NCBI RefSeq assembly: GCF_006345805.1
Contig: NC_043004.1
Coordinates: forward strand, 35,154,001 to 35,218,000
Direction: 5' to 3'
Length of the DNA stretch: 64,000 nucleotides
Source: Octopus sinensis
Lineage: Eukaryota
In this document: positions 36,843-48,959 of the stretch, one piece after another
How positions within the stretch are numbered: the stretch's first letter is position 1
Layout: the number at the start of each line of letters is the position of its first letter
The notes under the pieces: generated by a model
What the model was told of the DNA's origin: nothing
The model's input: the letters and a program-made list of their open reading frames with translations, nothing else
Database searches by the model: none
Translations under genes and position numbers: made by a program

Positions 36843-39805
36843 TACCACTGATCTTTCTCTTTGAAATGGCTTAGGCAAAGGAGGTAAGACAGTGCCAATG
36901 ACCTTTTCCAGGTCTCTTAGTTTTGGGAGAGAAAGGAAGGAGGTTATCTTCAGACCAGAAACCTTGTCCAAACTGTACGAGTTCCACAAAAGAAAAACCA
37001 TTCAGTGCACCACCTCCACTAAAACAACAGCCTTTGTGAATTGAGTGCAGCACTCAAACCATTTGGTCGTGCCCATTATGATGGAACAGCAACCACATTG
37101 CTCCAGTCTACTCAGTTGGCAATCAGTACCAGTCAACTGTCAGTGCAGTTCTCTCCCTCCAGCTGTTACACCCTCCGTATTCAACAGGGTCAAAGGTGGG
37201 AGTGTTATCAGCATCATCTTTCCACGTCTACATAAGCAACCTTAAAACAAGTAGGAAAATCATGGTTTGGGCTGCTAGTTCATCAGACTTGCTAGTGACT
37301 GATGACTAAAGTTTTATTATTTATCTATTTATTTATTTATTTATAGACAGATGAATGGCTGAGTGGTTGGCTGGCAGGAGAGATTGATGATAGTCACAGA
37401 GATAAATAAATAGATATCCATGAATACATACCTGTGTGTGTTTCCATACATAAAGGGCAAATTGATAGAGGAAGAATGAGATGTACAGTCAACTTTGACA
37501 GTATTTGATCTCAGAACAGAAATTGATGTAATTAAATAAGCAGAGTATTTTGTCACTGTTATGAATAACATAGTTAGAAGTGCTCCAACATCAACATCAA
37601 ATGTATCCCAGTATTGTATAATGCTTTTCTAGTGTTTGTCTACAATGGAAACTACATGGTCATTTGAATGAACCCGTATTTCATAAAGGAATGCAACTAC
37701 AGAAAATTTTACAAGTATTCACTTGTCAGATAGATTTGTTCATTTTTTTTTCCTACTTGGCACTCCATTGTCATTATGTGTGAAAAAAAGTAAAATTCAT
37801 TAAAACTTCAAAAACGATATACAAAAATTGTAGAAGAACAGGGCTACAATAAAACCCTATAAAACACTACAATACAAACATTTATTATATAATTAAAACA
37901 AAATTGAAAAGGATTAAAATAAATGGGGGAGGGATGGACAAATTTCTCTGAGGGCTTAATATTTTTTGTTGTGTCGGGGGAGAGTCATTTTCTTTTACAT
38001 TCACCTGTAAAATTTCCACTTTTTTCTTATTTTTATTTTCCTAAAATTTTCGTTGCGTCTTGCAACCTTTTCAATAGTCTTGACTCTGTCCATTATTTAC
38101 ACTCATTTAATTTAATTTAATATTTTTTATTTATGTTCCGAGTTCAAATTCCACCAAGGTCAATTTAGTCTTTCGTCCCTTTGGGAGGGTCAATAAAATA
38201 AGTGTAATGAAAGCAACAATGATGAAGAGGACATCACTCCAACTAATACATAATATAAACCCCTCATTTCAGAAATATGGAATTGTATTACCTAACATTT
38301 TGTTAGTTATGGTATAAGACTGAAATGTTACTAAAGGAAGACTTGGTGAAATAGGGGTACCTATTTCCCAATATGCTACTAATACATCAGTATCATGTGG
38401 TTAGATTCTTCACAAACATCCCAATGAGTTCAGTGACTGAATAAACCAAATAAACCAGTGTATAGGCTGATATTTATGAAATGTATTTGATACATGCATA
38501 ATGTATGCGTACATAATTCATCCATTTATATATGCATGCATACATTATTCATGTGTCCATGTGAGCCTAAGTATATATTGCATAAATGCATAAATATACT
38601 AATTTTTCTTGTACAACATACCAGTCTTAAAATAAGATATTGAATAATATAACTATCAAAACAGAATTTCATGGATGAATGTACACAGACACCTACAAAT
38701 CTATATACATCAGTTGAAAGCAAATATTTACATGGTGTCATGAATGTGAGCATGTGTATATGAGTGTACATGTATGCACATAAGCTTAATGCAAGCATAA
38801 ATAAACATGTGTGTGTACATATATGTGTATATGCCTGTATATTTGTATGTGTATATATATATATGTGTGTGTGTGTGTGTAAGTGTATATCTGTGTACAT
38901 ATAATAATATATATATACATATAATTACATACATATAGTTACATACATATACTTACATATATATGCAACAATTTATGCATACACATGCATATGCACAGAG
39001 ATGAAAAAGTAAAAGACAGAGAGAGAGAGGTGGAGTAGTGAAAAAGATGGAGAGTTTGTGTGATATCTCAGATGCCAGAACACCAATAGAATTGCATTGA
39101 ATTTCTACAGTTCTCTGTAAGTCTTTGAGTTGTCAAAGAAAGATCATATTTTCCCCGTAAGTTAAGGTGAAAAATATTTTAATGGTTAATATGCAGCTTC
39201 TTAGAAGCAGATAAAGGATTAAGCATCAACTTGCCATTTTCTACGCATCAATATCTCTCTATACATTTTATCCCTACTTTACTGAATTCATTGCCTATTG
39301 TATTGCGACGGGGGTATTTTCTGTAGTTTGTTCCCTATTATTTTCTGCCAATCTGATATCTGCACATGTACAATTCATTCAGCTACTTTTCTATTCTATT
39401 ATGCTTATTAAAAATAAAAAAAATAAAATAAAAATACCAAGACGGTTTGGCATTACACATTTATTTATTTATTTGGTTTAGAAGTAAAATATTTCATTTT
39501 TTTATTTAATTATTTTACATTACTTCATTTGCATTTGTTTTTGTATCTGTGTAATAAGTATGTCAGTGTATACATTTCTGTATGTATGTTTGTATGTCAG
39601 TCTCTGTATGTTTGTATATTTGTAGGTATGTATGTTTATAGATATGTAGGTACGCATCTATGTATATATATAGGTGTGTATGTACATATGTATGTATATA
39701 TGTCGATGTCCGTTTCTAAAATGTGGAAGTTTTATTTCTTTTATAACATCCTTTCTTTATATCTTTCTCTTCTTCTCTTCCTCTCCCTCTTTCTCTCTCC
39801 CGTTT

Positions 39806-39842
<37 letters not shown>

Positions 39843-40678
39843 TGTCTTCTCCCAGTTCTTCTTTCTCGTCTATTGATCTCAGATAATTTTCACTTTTTTT
39901 TTGTTAGTTTATGAAGGCCTGCATAATTGTATTTGTACATTGATACACATATAAATATGCACACACACACCCATGCACTTGATTGCATACACATACATGC
40001 ACAATGCATATATATATATATATATGTGCATAGATGCATGTATGTGAATATCTATAAACAGATATCACGTGCACAAACACAGACATATGCATATTTCTAT
40101 ATATGAATAGATGTATACATATGAGAGTTAATGTACAGATGCCACACACACACGCCCCACACACACACAAAACAAGTGTGTGGGGTATGAGGGAGCGAGT
40201 ACTTTAAATTATGCATATATATGCAAGCACCAATATATAAAGATATATGCAATTATACATATTGGAAACGTATGTGTCCGCAAACATTTATGAATATATG
40301 CTTTTCATATATATATGAGTAAGCATACTTAAGTCCAACACACACACAGAGGAGTTGTATATTGTTTCTCCCTCACTTTTCTCATTTAATGTGATTCCCT
40401 TGTGGTTCTCCTCACCACACACTCTCTTCTCACTCCGAATCTCTCAATAAAAATCTGACTAAGAGAACTTTACCTCCTGCCAGTCTGTCCTCCCATTTAG
40501 AGTGAAACTACAGCCTGTTTACAGCTATGAAACTGTTAAAAAATAACCGTTCTCTATTGTCTAGCAATATTATTCAAGTTAAATCTATATAAAGGTTAGT
40601 GGCAAGGCAAAGAACTCCAACTGCTATGGGCTAATTCTCTCTTTCTTGTTGCTGTTATTTTAAATCCAAAGTGAAATA

Positions 40679-40721
<43 letters not shown>

Positions 40722-41149
40722 TATATATATATAAAACAACTAAATAACATAATTCGGTCTTTATTGAGATGAAACTGGAGAATTTCATAAGTTCTCTTCT
40801 TGAATTGAAGTTTTTTTTTTTATTATTTTGTAATTATGTTTAGACCTTTCTCAATTGTGATAACAAGTAATTTTCTATTTCTATGAATTCTAATATATAC
40901 ACTCACTTCAAAACAATTTGTCACTCTGGGAGTTACAGTGGATTTCAATTTTTAGGTAGTGTGTAGAGTGTATATATAGATGTATTTAGAGAGAGCCACT
41001 TGACAGTTTGGCATGCACACACACAGGTGCACCACCCATGTGTGTGTGTGGAGGGGTATATATATATATATATATCACATTTCTTTGCCTTCACTTCTTG
41101 CTCACTTTCCCTCCACCTTTCACTTCACTGTGTCCCTGTCATTTTCTTG

Positions 41150-41525
41150 TCCCTCCTTAATTCTTCTGTCCCTCTACTTCTCTCTCTTCTCTTCCCACGT
41201 GACCGGCATTCAGTCAAGCCTGTTCTTTCTTTCTTGGTCTGGCCGTTGTCCGTGCAATATCAATATTCTTCCTTGTGTTTGTGAAATCTCGTATCTCTAC
41301 CATAAGGCTTCATTTCCACACACGCCAGCTTAATTTAATTCATCCTTAGTCGAAAGACACCTGTTGTTATGTCCTGTTATTATTTTTATTGTATTTCTAT
41401 TTGTGTAACATTGTCCATGTTTTTCCATCCTTGTTTTTGTATACATTCGCTGCTTTCTTCCAAGGAATCTAATGCTCTTAGCTTAGTTTTTCCTTGGGGC
41501 TGGCCAGATTGGAGCAATCTCAATC
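41150..41525. repeat. Probable interspersed repeat of unknown class abutting the Tx1 element
   Basis: Pyrimidine-rich block with sharp boundaries; class not determinable by eye. Confidence 0.35.
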
Positions 41526-43945
41526 TCTTTACAGCCAAATTATGGAAAACAATCAGACTAGGGCTTGGCTACTGGAAGATGAATGCGTCCTTCCCATCGC
41601 AAAATGATTTCAGGATCCAGATTAGTAGACTACATAAACAGGAATTGACAGGGGCCATCATCAACAAGTGGTGGGGCTCCTTAAAAAGGAAAATCTGCGG
41701 GGTGTCAGTTAGTTTTAGAAAAGAGATTGCTTTAGAAAACAACAGAATAGAAAATAAACTAGTTAGTAACTTAGAAGAGGCACATAAAAGAGGGATTGCA
41801 AATGACATGTTAGCGGCAAGAATGGCACTCAATTATTTCTTTGACATAAAACAAGAAGGCTGTATTGTCCAAGCTAGGGATACCTTGAAACACGAAGACT
41901 CAAAAGCTATTGGTTAGGTGTGGGTAGTGGAGGCACAACATGGAAACAAATCTAGGATTCACTCCGTGATGGACCACGGTGGCCATGTGCACTCTGAGTC
42001 CAAACAGATGAGTGCAGTGTTTCAGCAGCATTTCACCAACCTCTTTTGAAGAGATGGCATTCTTGATACAGCAGGCTTTGAGGCTTACCTCAAGAGCATG
42101 CCATGCCCATCGGACAAGGATATCGAGTGCTGTGAGAAGCTGATTTCAGTGGAGGAAGTGGAAGACATACTGGGCCGCTGCATGGGGCACAAATCACCAG
42201 GATTGGATGGTCTGTTCTATGAACTATATGCTCACATGTCAGACTGGTTTGCACTGATTTTAGCAGCTGTCTACTGCTCCTGGCAACAGACAGGAAGCAT
42301 TCCCAGTTGTGTCAGTCAGCAAGTGGTGACGCTGCTGAGAGAGATTCTGAACAAAGAGGATGTGATTGAAAACTTGAGGCCCATAACTCTACTCCATACT
42401 AAGTTAAAGATCTTAGCTGAGGTGCTCACCAAAAGGCTGGCACTTGTTGTCGGTAGTATAGCCGGGGATGCACAAACCTGTGCAATCCCTAGTAGATCTA
42501 TCCTGGACTGAGGGTTCAGTAAAAATGCTCAGAGTCTAGTTCAGACCAGATCTCCCGGGAAGAGGTCTTGACTAGGGCGGTGGCCAAGCTCACCCAGAAA
42601 TGGGCAGAGAGGAAGCTGTTGCTGAAAGGCCTGGTGGAAGTAGCAAATGCATATATCATCTCAGTAGTGTACCACTGCCTAGCCATTGTACCATGTCCTA
42701 AGAAAACTCTGACCAGATTGGAGCTTTTCCAATTCTTATGGAAGGGTGAAGTTCTGTTGGTCAGAAAAATCTATCTGCTATTAATATCCACATTGTGGTG
42801 CTCTTAGGATGCCATCCTTAATGATATGGCACCATGCTTTGAGGTTGTCCTACCCACAGAAATATCTAAAGCCCTGCAATGATGTGGACGATGACAATGA
42901 TGAAAATAAGGGTGAACTGGTGTGGGCGTCTTTCATGCAACACATCTTTCTGAAGTTTATCTTACTGACAGAGCTGCAGTCATGGGTCAAATGTTGGCAT
43001 CTAGAATGATGCTAGGTGCTCACTGCATTGTACCAGCTGCCCAAAACTGTTAGCAGGAAAACAAGCCAACATTTTTATAGAGGGCCAGTCGAGGGTATAA
43101 GCGATGATGGCCTAGGATTGAATCTGGGCATCGACAAGAGCAGTCTGAGTAGTCTCTTCCAGAGGACCTTCTGGTTGAAGATCATAGATAATTTCCAAAA
43201 GTTTTTGTCTTGGGCAGGGCTGCAGAGAGGCATTGCCTGTTCAAGACAAACTCTTCAGGAATGGAAGTGCCAACAGTCAAACCTGCCTGAGATGCTTGCT
43301 GGGGACGAAACCATCCTGCATGCACTAATTCAGTGTCTGTGCATTAGAGAGTTGTGGAGCAGCTGTTGTTGCATGTAAGCTGTCTGCTGAGTGTATAGTG
43401 AAGATCAACGCACTACCTTCTTTTAGCAGAGAAGGAAGGCTGATCTTTCTCTGCTGAGTGGCTGTGGTAAAAAGGCTGTGTGGTGAACCTGCCAGAAAGG
43501 TTTGAAGACAGGTGCATTCCTACCTGGTTAAGCCCTCATCAGTTTCCTCAAATATTATTTGAAGAGGAAGGTGAGGGTAGAGAGTGAGGTGCTGCCTTCC
43601 AGTGCATTTATCAAAAGGTGGTCGACAGTGGCAAGACTGAATATGCTTCTCTAAGCAGGAGGAAAGAAACTGGAAGAGGGCACTTTCCCATGCTTTGGAG
43701 ATGGCAGAGTAATCCAGGATTTTTGTGTGAGGTTTATTCTGGATTGCCCAAAGTGGACTCCCCACATGTTTTTATTTTTGTAATCTTTTTGTGCTGTAAC
43801 TTGTCTTTCAATATTGTCCTCCCTGTCTTGGGCGTTCAAGAAAAATCATCATTATTTTTCTTTATCACAGTTTTTGTTGGAACTCCTGGAGTTTGCATGC
43901 ATAGTGGGCTTGCTACCTGCAACCTATGGTACTATGCTATCTGTT
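41526..43945 (+). mobile_element. Degenerate Tx1/L1-clade LINE ORF2 with the RT core deleted
   Basis: GLGYWKMNAS (endonuclease end), KSPGLDGL, NLRPITLL..KLKILA, QTCAIP, WAERKL.LKG and ETILHALIQC (C-terminal knuckle) motifs. Confidence 0.85.
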
Positions 43946-44039
43946 CTTTTCAGCTATCTTATACTTACCTAATTATTCTGGCCATGGCATATTATTATTA
44001 TTATTGTTGTTGTTGTTGCTGTGGCAAGCTTGCAAAATC

Positions 44040-45110
44040 ATACTGATATAGGGGATTACTGGAAATAAGCAAATGCTTTTGTACGCTATTATGTCAAATG
44101 CAGTTACACTGGATCATGATTAAAGGAAAATCACAAATGTCATAGCTAAAATTAACGAGGAAAGTCAAACTCCTACACATAATTTTAGCAACCAAAGTAA
44201 AATTTGTGATAGAATTTCTTTTGGTGATTAACTTGCACAGAAATTTCACTGGCAATTCAAAAGTGTTGCATGAAAGATACCAGCATGTTGTAGAAAAATA
44301 TCCTCATTTCAAATAAATATTCCTTCAACTGCCTATTGAAGACTTTAGATGGAATAAAAATGTAAGACAAATATTAACCGCTACCTCGAACTCCAAGAAA
44401 ACTACCACTGCAGTTTCTGAGTGCTGCACCTTGAAAAACAACTGCAAGAGAGGTTAGCTCTGTTCATTGTGCAACAACATGAGTCAAGTCAATTCCATGA
44501 GGAATCATAACAGGAATGTTATGATCTATACGGAAGGTTTTATGTGTAGAGATTCCCATTTGGTGTACATGGCAGAATGCATGAAACACAACTTGATTTA
44601 TGTTGGTTGTACAACAGAACAATTAAACAAAAGATTCAATGGCTACAGATATGACATCAGGCACAATAATAGTAGTTTGGCAGAACATGTTGAACATTTT
44701 GCATCAAACAACAACAATTTTGAAAAAAGACTTGAAAGTACATATTCTCAGAAACTATTCTGACTATTACACTTTCAGACCTCAAAATGCATGAGGACAA
44801 ATATATTTGTGTACATCAAGCCCTGGAGGAATAAATAAAATGACAGGTGAATTTCATCACATTTACAAAAAACCGTTTGACAAAATATTCTTTCTTTCAA
44901 TTTTTTCTTTTTCCTTCCTTTTATCAGTTACAAAATTGAAAACTGATGATGTCATTCTATCAAAATAGGAACGCAAGATTTTTTTGTTTATATTTTGAAT
45001 TTTTGTTCTTCTGCAGTTGTTTTCATTTTGCATTTTGAACCTGAAGAAGAGAGATGATCTGTCAAAATATCATTCAAACCATTAAATAAACAATTTATTA
45101 CAAATTGCAT
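44040..45110 (+). mobile_element. Penelope-like element 3' remnant (RT thumb, GIY-YIG endonuclease, pLTR)
   Basis: IF.QLPIEDFRWNKNVRQIL linker; LVYMAECMKHNLIYVGCTTEQLNKRFNGYRYDI GIY-YIG motif; hammerhead downstream. Confidence 0.85.
45034..45078 (+). ncRNA. Decayed hammerhead ribozyme in the Penelope pLTR
   Basis: TTTGAAC-CTGAAGA-A-GAGAGA-TGA-TCTGTC-AAAAT-ATC-ATTCAAA; G of GAAA mutated, one mismatch in stem II and one in stem I. Confidence 0.55.
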
Positions 45111-45220
45111 CACACTCTTCTTATTGTTTATTTACCTTCCTGAAGAGTTACATCAATCTTCATAACATATCATCATCATCATCATTATTAATTATTATTA
45201 TTATTATTATTATAATTATT

Positions 45221-45444
45221 AAGGTGGCAAACTGCCAGAATCCTTACCGTGCACAGGCAAAATGCTTAACAGCATTTCATCTGTCTTTACGGTCTGAGTT
45301 CAAATTCTGCCAAGGTCGACTTTCCCTTTCATCCTTTTGGGGTGGGGGTGGGGCGATAAATTATGTATCAATTGGGTACAGGGGTCAATGTAATCAACTT
45401 ACCTGCTCACCCAAATTTCAGGCCTTGTACCTATTGAAGAAAGG

Positions 45445-45477
<33 letters not shown>
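45221..45477 (+). mobile_element. SINE (short-tail form) with (TTA)n tail
   Basis: Same head and central domain as 17164. Confidence 0.85.
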
Positions 45478-45921
45478 TGCACAGCTTCTAATGCTGGAGA
45501 TGTACTACAGTGTCAGCTGTTCACTACCGGTGAACTAAGGTAACACCCCTTATTTTTCGAGCACCATCTAGAGTATTCAAACGGTTCCAAGCAGTGCTGT
45601 TTCTGCAAGTGCTCCACCCTTATTGCAGCCCCTATTTATTCCTCGTACTTCTCACAATTTTTGCTCACTATTACCAGGGCTCTGACAATTATTGGTACTT
45701 CTACCACCATTTTTCATCAACCACAACTGCTTAACCTCCCAAGCTAACCTGTCATATCTCTCAGCTTTTCTTTCTTCCTTATCACATACCTTGTTGTCAG
45801 TTGGGCATGCTATGTCTATGATCCAACATAGTTTGTTTTCTTTCTCAAGTAAGACTATGCCTGGCTTCCTATTCTCTATCTCATGGTCGCACTGAATCAT
45901 AAAATCCCATAGGATCTTTGC
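45478..45921 (-). mobile_element. 5'-truncated R4/Dong-like non-LTR element (restriction-like endonuclease domain)
   Basis: AKILWDFMIQCDHEIENRKPGIVL..KENKLCWIIDIACPTD..KEERK motif; (TAA)n on both sides. Confidence 0.8.
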
Positions 45922-46329
45922 ATTATTATCATTATTATTATTATTAATATTATAGTGATGAGCTGGCAGAACCATCAGCCTTCCCCTTCCCATACTTTGT
46001 AGCATTTCTTAAGGTCCTCTGCATTCTGAATTCAAATAAAGCCAAGATTGATTTTTGCCTTTCATTTTCTCATGATCAATAAAATTCTTTAGCAGTTGAG
46101 TACTGCGGCTAAAGTAGTTGACCCCACCACCTCCTAAAATTGAAACCATTATAGTATTGTATTGTTATTGAGCTCAAATCCCACTAAGGTCAGCTTTACT
46201 TTTCACCCTTTCAAGAACTATGAAATAAGTCCCAGTCCACTGCTGGGACGATGTTAGTGACTTGCCCCTCCCCTCAAAAACTGCTGCCAAAATTTGAAAC
46301 CATTACTATTATTATTATTATCTTTGTTG

Positions 46330-46610
46330 GTGTGAAGGTACATAGCTTAGTAGTTGGGAGCATTCAACTCATGATTGTAAGGCTGTGAGTTCAATTCCCA
46401 ACAGTGCACTGTTTCCTTGATCAAGACACTTTATTTCATGTTGCACCAGTGAGCTCAGCTGACAAAAATGCATTTTGAAGGGCCAGCCTTGTCACATTCT
46501 GTGTCATGCTGAATCTCTCTGAGAACTACGTTAAGGGCACGCATGTCTGTGGAGTACTCAGCCACTTGCACATTCATTTCATGAGCAGGCTCTTCCATTG
46601 ATCAGATCAT
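46330..46610 (+). mobile_element. tRNA-derived SINE
   Basis: TAGCTTAGTAG A-box and GAGTTCAATTCC B-box; body shared with 23285-23580. Confidence 0.8.
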
Positions 46611-47030
46611 AAGCAACAAGCTGACAATCATTATAGCACCAGAAAAAAATGCCAGTGGTATGTTTACCAGCTCTTCATGTTCTGAGTTCAAATCCTACCA
46701 AGGGCAGCTTTGATTTTCATCCCTCCTGGGTTGATAAAGTACCTGACGAAGATATTAGCAGCATAAGTGAAGAAGAATTGAAAAGGTAATGGACCTACCA
46801 TGTTAGGAACCTATTTCTTGTTCTATCATGGTTGTGCTTGTTGTTGGTTCTATAAATTAAGATATTGCCAGAAAATCTTGTCCCTCTGGTTTTCATCTTA
46901 TCTATATTTTTGTAGCAATTAGAACAATAAATAATTATGTTTAACAGCAAACAATTGGGCTCAGCTCCGTTTATTTTGCAACTGGTTGCTTATTGTGCTT
47001 TTCAAACTAAAAAAAAAAAAATTTAAGACA

Positions 47031-47223
47031 CAGGAGTGGCTGCGCAGTAAGTGGCTTGCTTACCAATCACATGGTTCCAGGTTCAGTCCCACTGTGTGGT
47101 ACCATAGGCAAGTGTCTTCTACTATAGATTCAGGCTGACTAAAGTCTTATTAATGAATTTGGCAGACGGAAACTGAAAGAAGCCTGCCTTATATATATAT
47201 ATATGTGTGTATGTATGTATATA

Positions 47224-47256
<33 letters not shown>

Positions 47257-47457
47257 GTTTGTGTTTGTCCCCACCAACATCACTTGACAACTGATGCTGG
47301 TGTGTTTATGTCCCCGTAACTTAGTGGTTCAGCAAAAGAGACCAATAGAATAAGTACTAGGCTTACAAAGAATAAGTCCTGGGGCCAATTTGTTCAACTA
47401 AAGGTGGTGCTCCAGTATGGCTGCAGTCAAATGACTGAAATGAATAAAAGAAAAAAA
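47031..47457 (+). mobile_element. Full-length tRNA-derived CORE-like SINE with internal microsatellite
   Basis: GGAGTGGCTGCGCAGTAAG head, GGTTCAGTCCC B-box, A-rich 3' end. Confidence 0.9.
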
Positions 47458-48093
47458 TACATTATTGTATTTAGTATGTAAATGGATTTGATACATATAG
47501 ACAGAGCAAGGATTATAAGTAATGTTGTAAGCAAACAATATTTTTGTTAAAGAGTGTAATTCGTTATAAGGCTGTCTGAAATATAATAACCATTTCCGTT
47601 GTTGGGGTAAAAAGTCAATTTTGTTTTAAAAACACTGGTAAGTTATTTTTCAGACACATGGGAAATACAGCAGAGCCTGGAATGTCTGGAGTTTTAAATT
47701 GACTATTTTGTAATCAGCTATAGCAATCACTGGTTGATTAACTATAATTACTAGAAAAAGAAATATACTGCGGTCTTCACGCTTTTTTCAAAGAATACTG
47801 GAAAATATAATTTAAGTAAAATAGATCTAGACTGAATTAAAATGTTGGGTTTCAGAACTATTTCTACTCTGAAGTGTTTGTAAGTATATTAAGTTATTTA
47901 ATTTGGAGCTTAATATTTAAGAAACAGTGAAAAAGGAAAAGAAAATCTTAGTAGTATGTGGTTTGTTTTTAGTATCTAATATGTCAGACATCTTTCATGT
48001 GTTTCTATACTCCACATCCAACTTTTATCATTCTTTTAACCACACATACACACACCATATATGTGTGTGTGTGTGTGTGTGTGTATGTATATA

Positions 48094-48138
<45 letters not shown>

Positions 48139-48959
48139 ATATGCATACATACATGCATATTTGTGTGTATATATATTAAAACAAAAAGGGATTAATAAGG
48201 CAAAATACTTAAGCACTCCACAGATAATATAACTCCAAGCAAACAAAACTCTCTGGTGATCTGTCTTGTACTCCTGGTAATCCAGATCAAAGTCCATTAC
48301 CAGTCAAATCTGTAAATCCATGGTTCCAGTATCCAGTTTATATGATATGTTTTTACAGAGTGATACATAAACAGACATATATAATGGGGGTCATATGCAT
48401 TTATTTATTTATTATGCACTTACAGCTGTTTCTGATTTGAATTTGAGTGCATTCATGGTTCAACCACAGATCAGTAAGTGAGAAAATATTTGGTCCCTGA
48501 AAGGTATTGAGGTATTCCAAAGACTGTAATAAATTCTTACTCTATAAGTCTCCAGTTAATCTGGACTGAATTCTCTCTAGCTTCAAGATAGTACTAAGTA
48601 CAGTTTTTCCATTGTTTATGTAGGTGTGTGTATGAATGTGCCTGCTGGTTTTGATAAGATAGTAACCCATGCTAGCATGGAAAGCAGACGTTAAATGATG
48701 ATGATGATAATGATGGTATTATAAATAATGAATTTTCATATGTGTTTGCTCATTTCTTGCTAGTGTCAACACTCCACAATGCTACACTGCACTCTTTATT
48801 TCAAGTGAGCTGAACAGTAGCAGCAGCCCTAGTTTTATACTATTAAACCTGCAACAAATGAGTTTCATCCTGAACTCGTCCGAGATGGTTAAGCAGATAA
48901 GGAAAACCACCCTTCTAGGCACGTATACATCTCATTTCTTTTCATGTAACTAAAACTTA

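Noticed and set aside
37192-37218. Cadherin-like DDADNTPTF motif on the minus strand
   Set aside because: It lacks the DxNDN asparagine, the downstream sequence does not follow a cadherin repeat, the frame closes quickly, and the neighbouring sequence looks like a SINE remnant.
39101-39122. 6-nt microexon-like TCTACAG-TTCTCT-GTAAGT
   Set aside because: Weak polypyrimidine tract; such short matches are expected by chance without RNA evidence.
41369-43839. Several 60-180 aa ORFs as host genes
   Set aside because: They are fragments or antisense frames of the degenerate Tx1 LINE.
46740-46796. CTGACGA...GAAA as a further hammerhead
   Set aside because: No stem I or stem II pairing.
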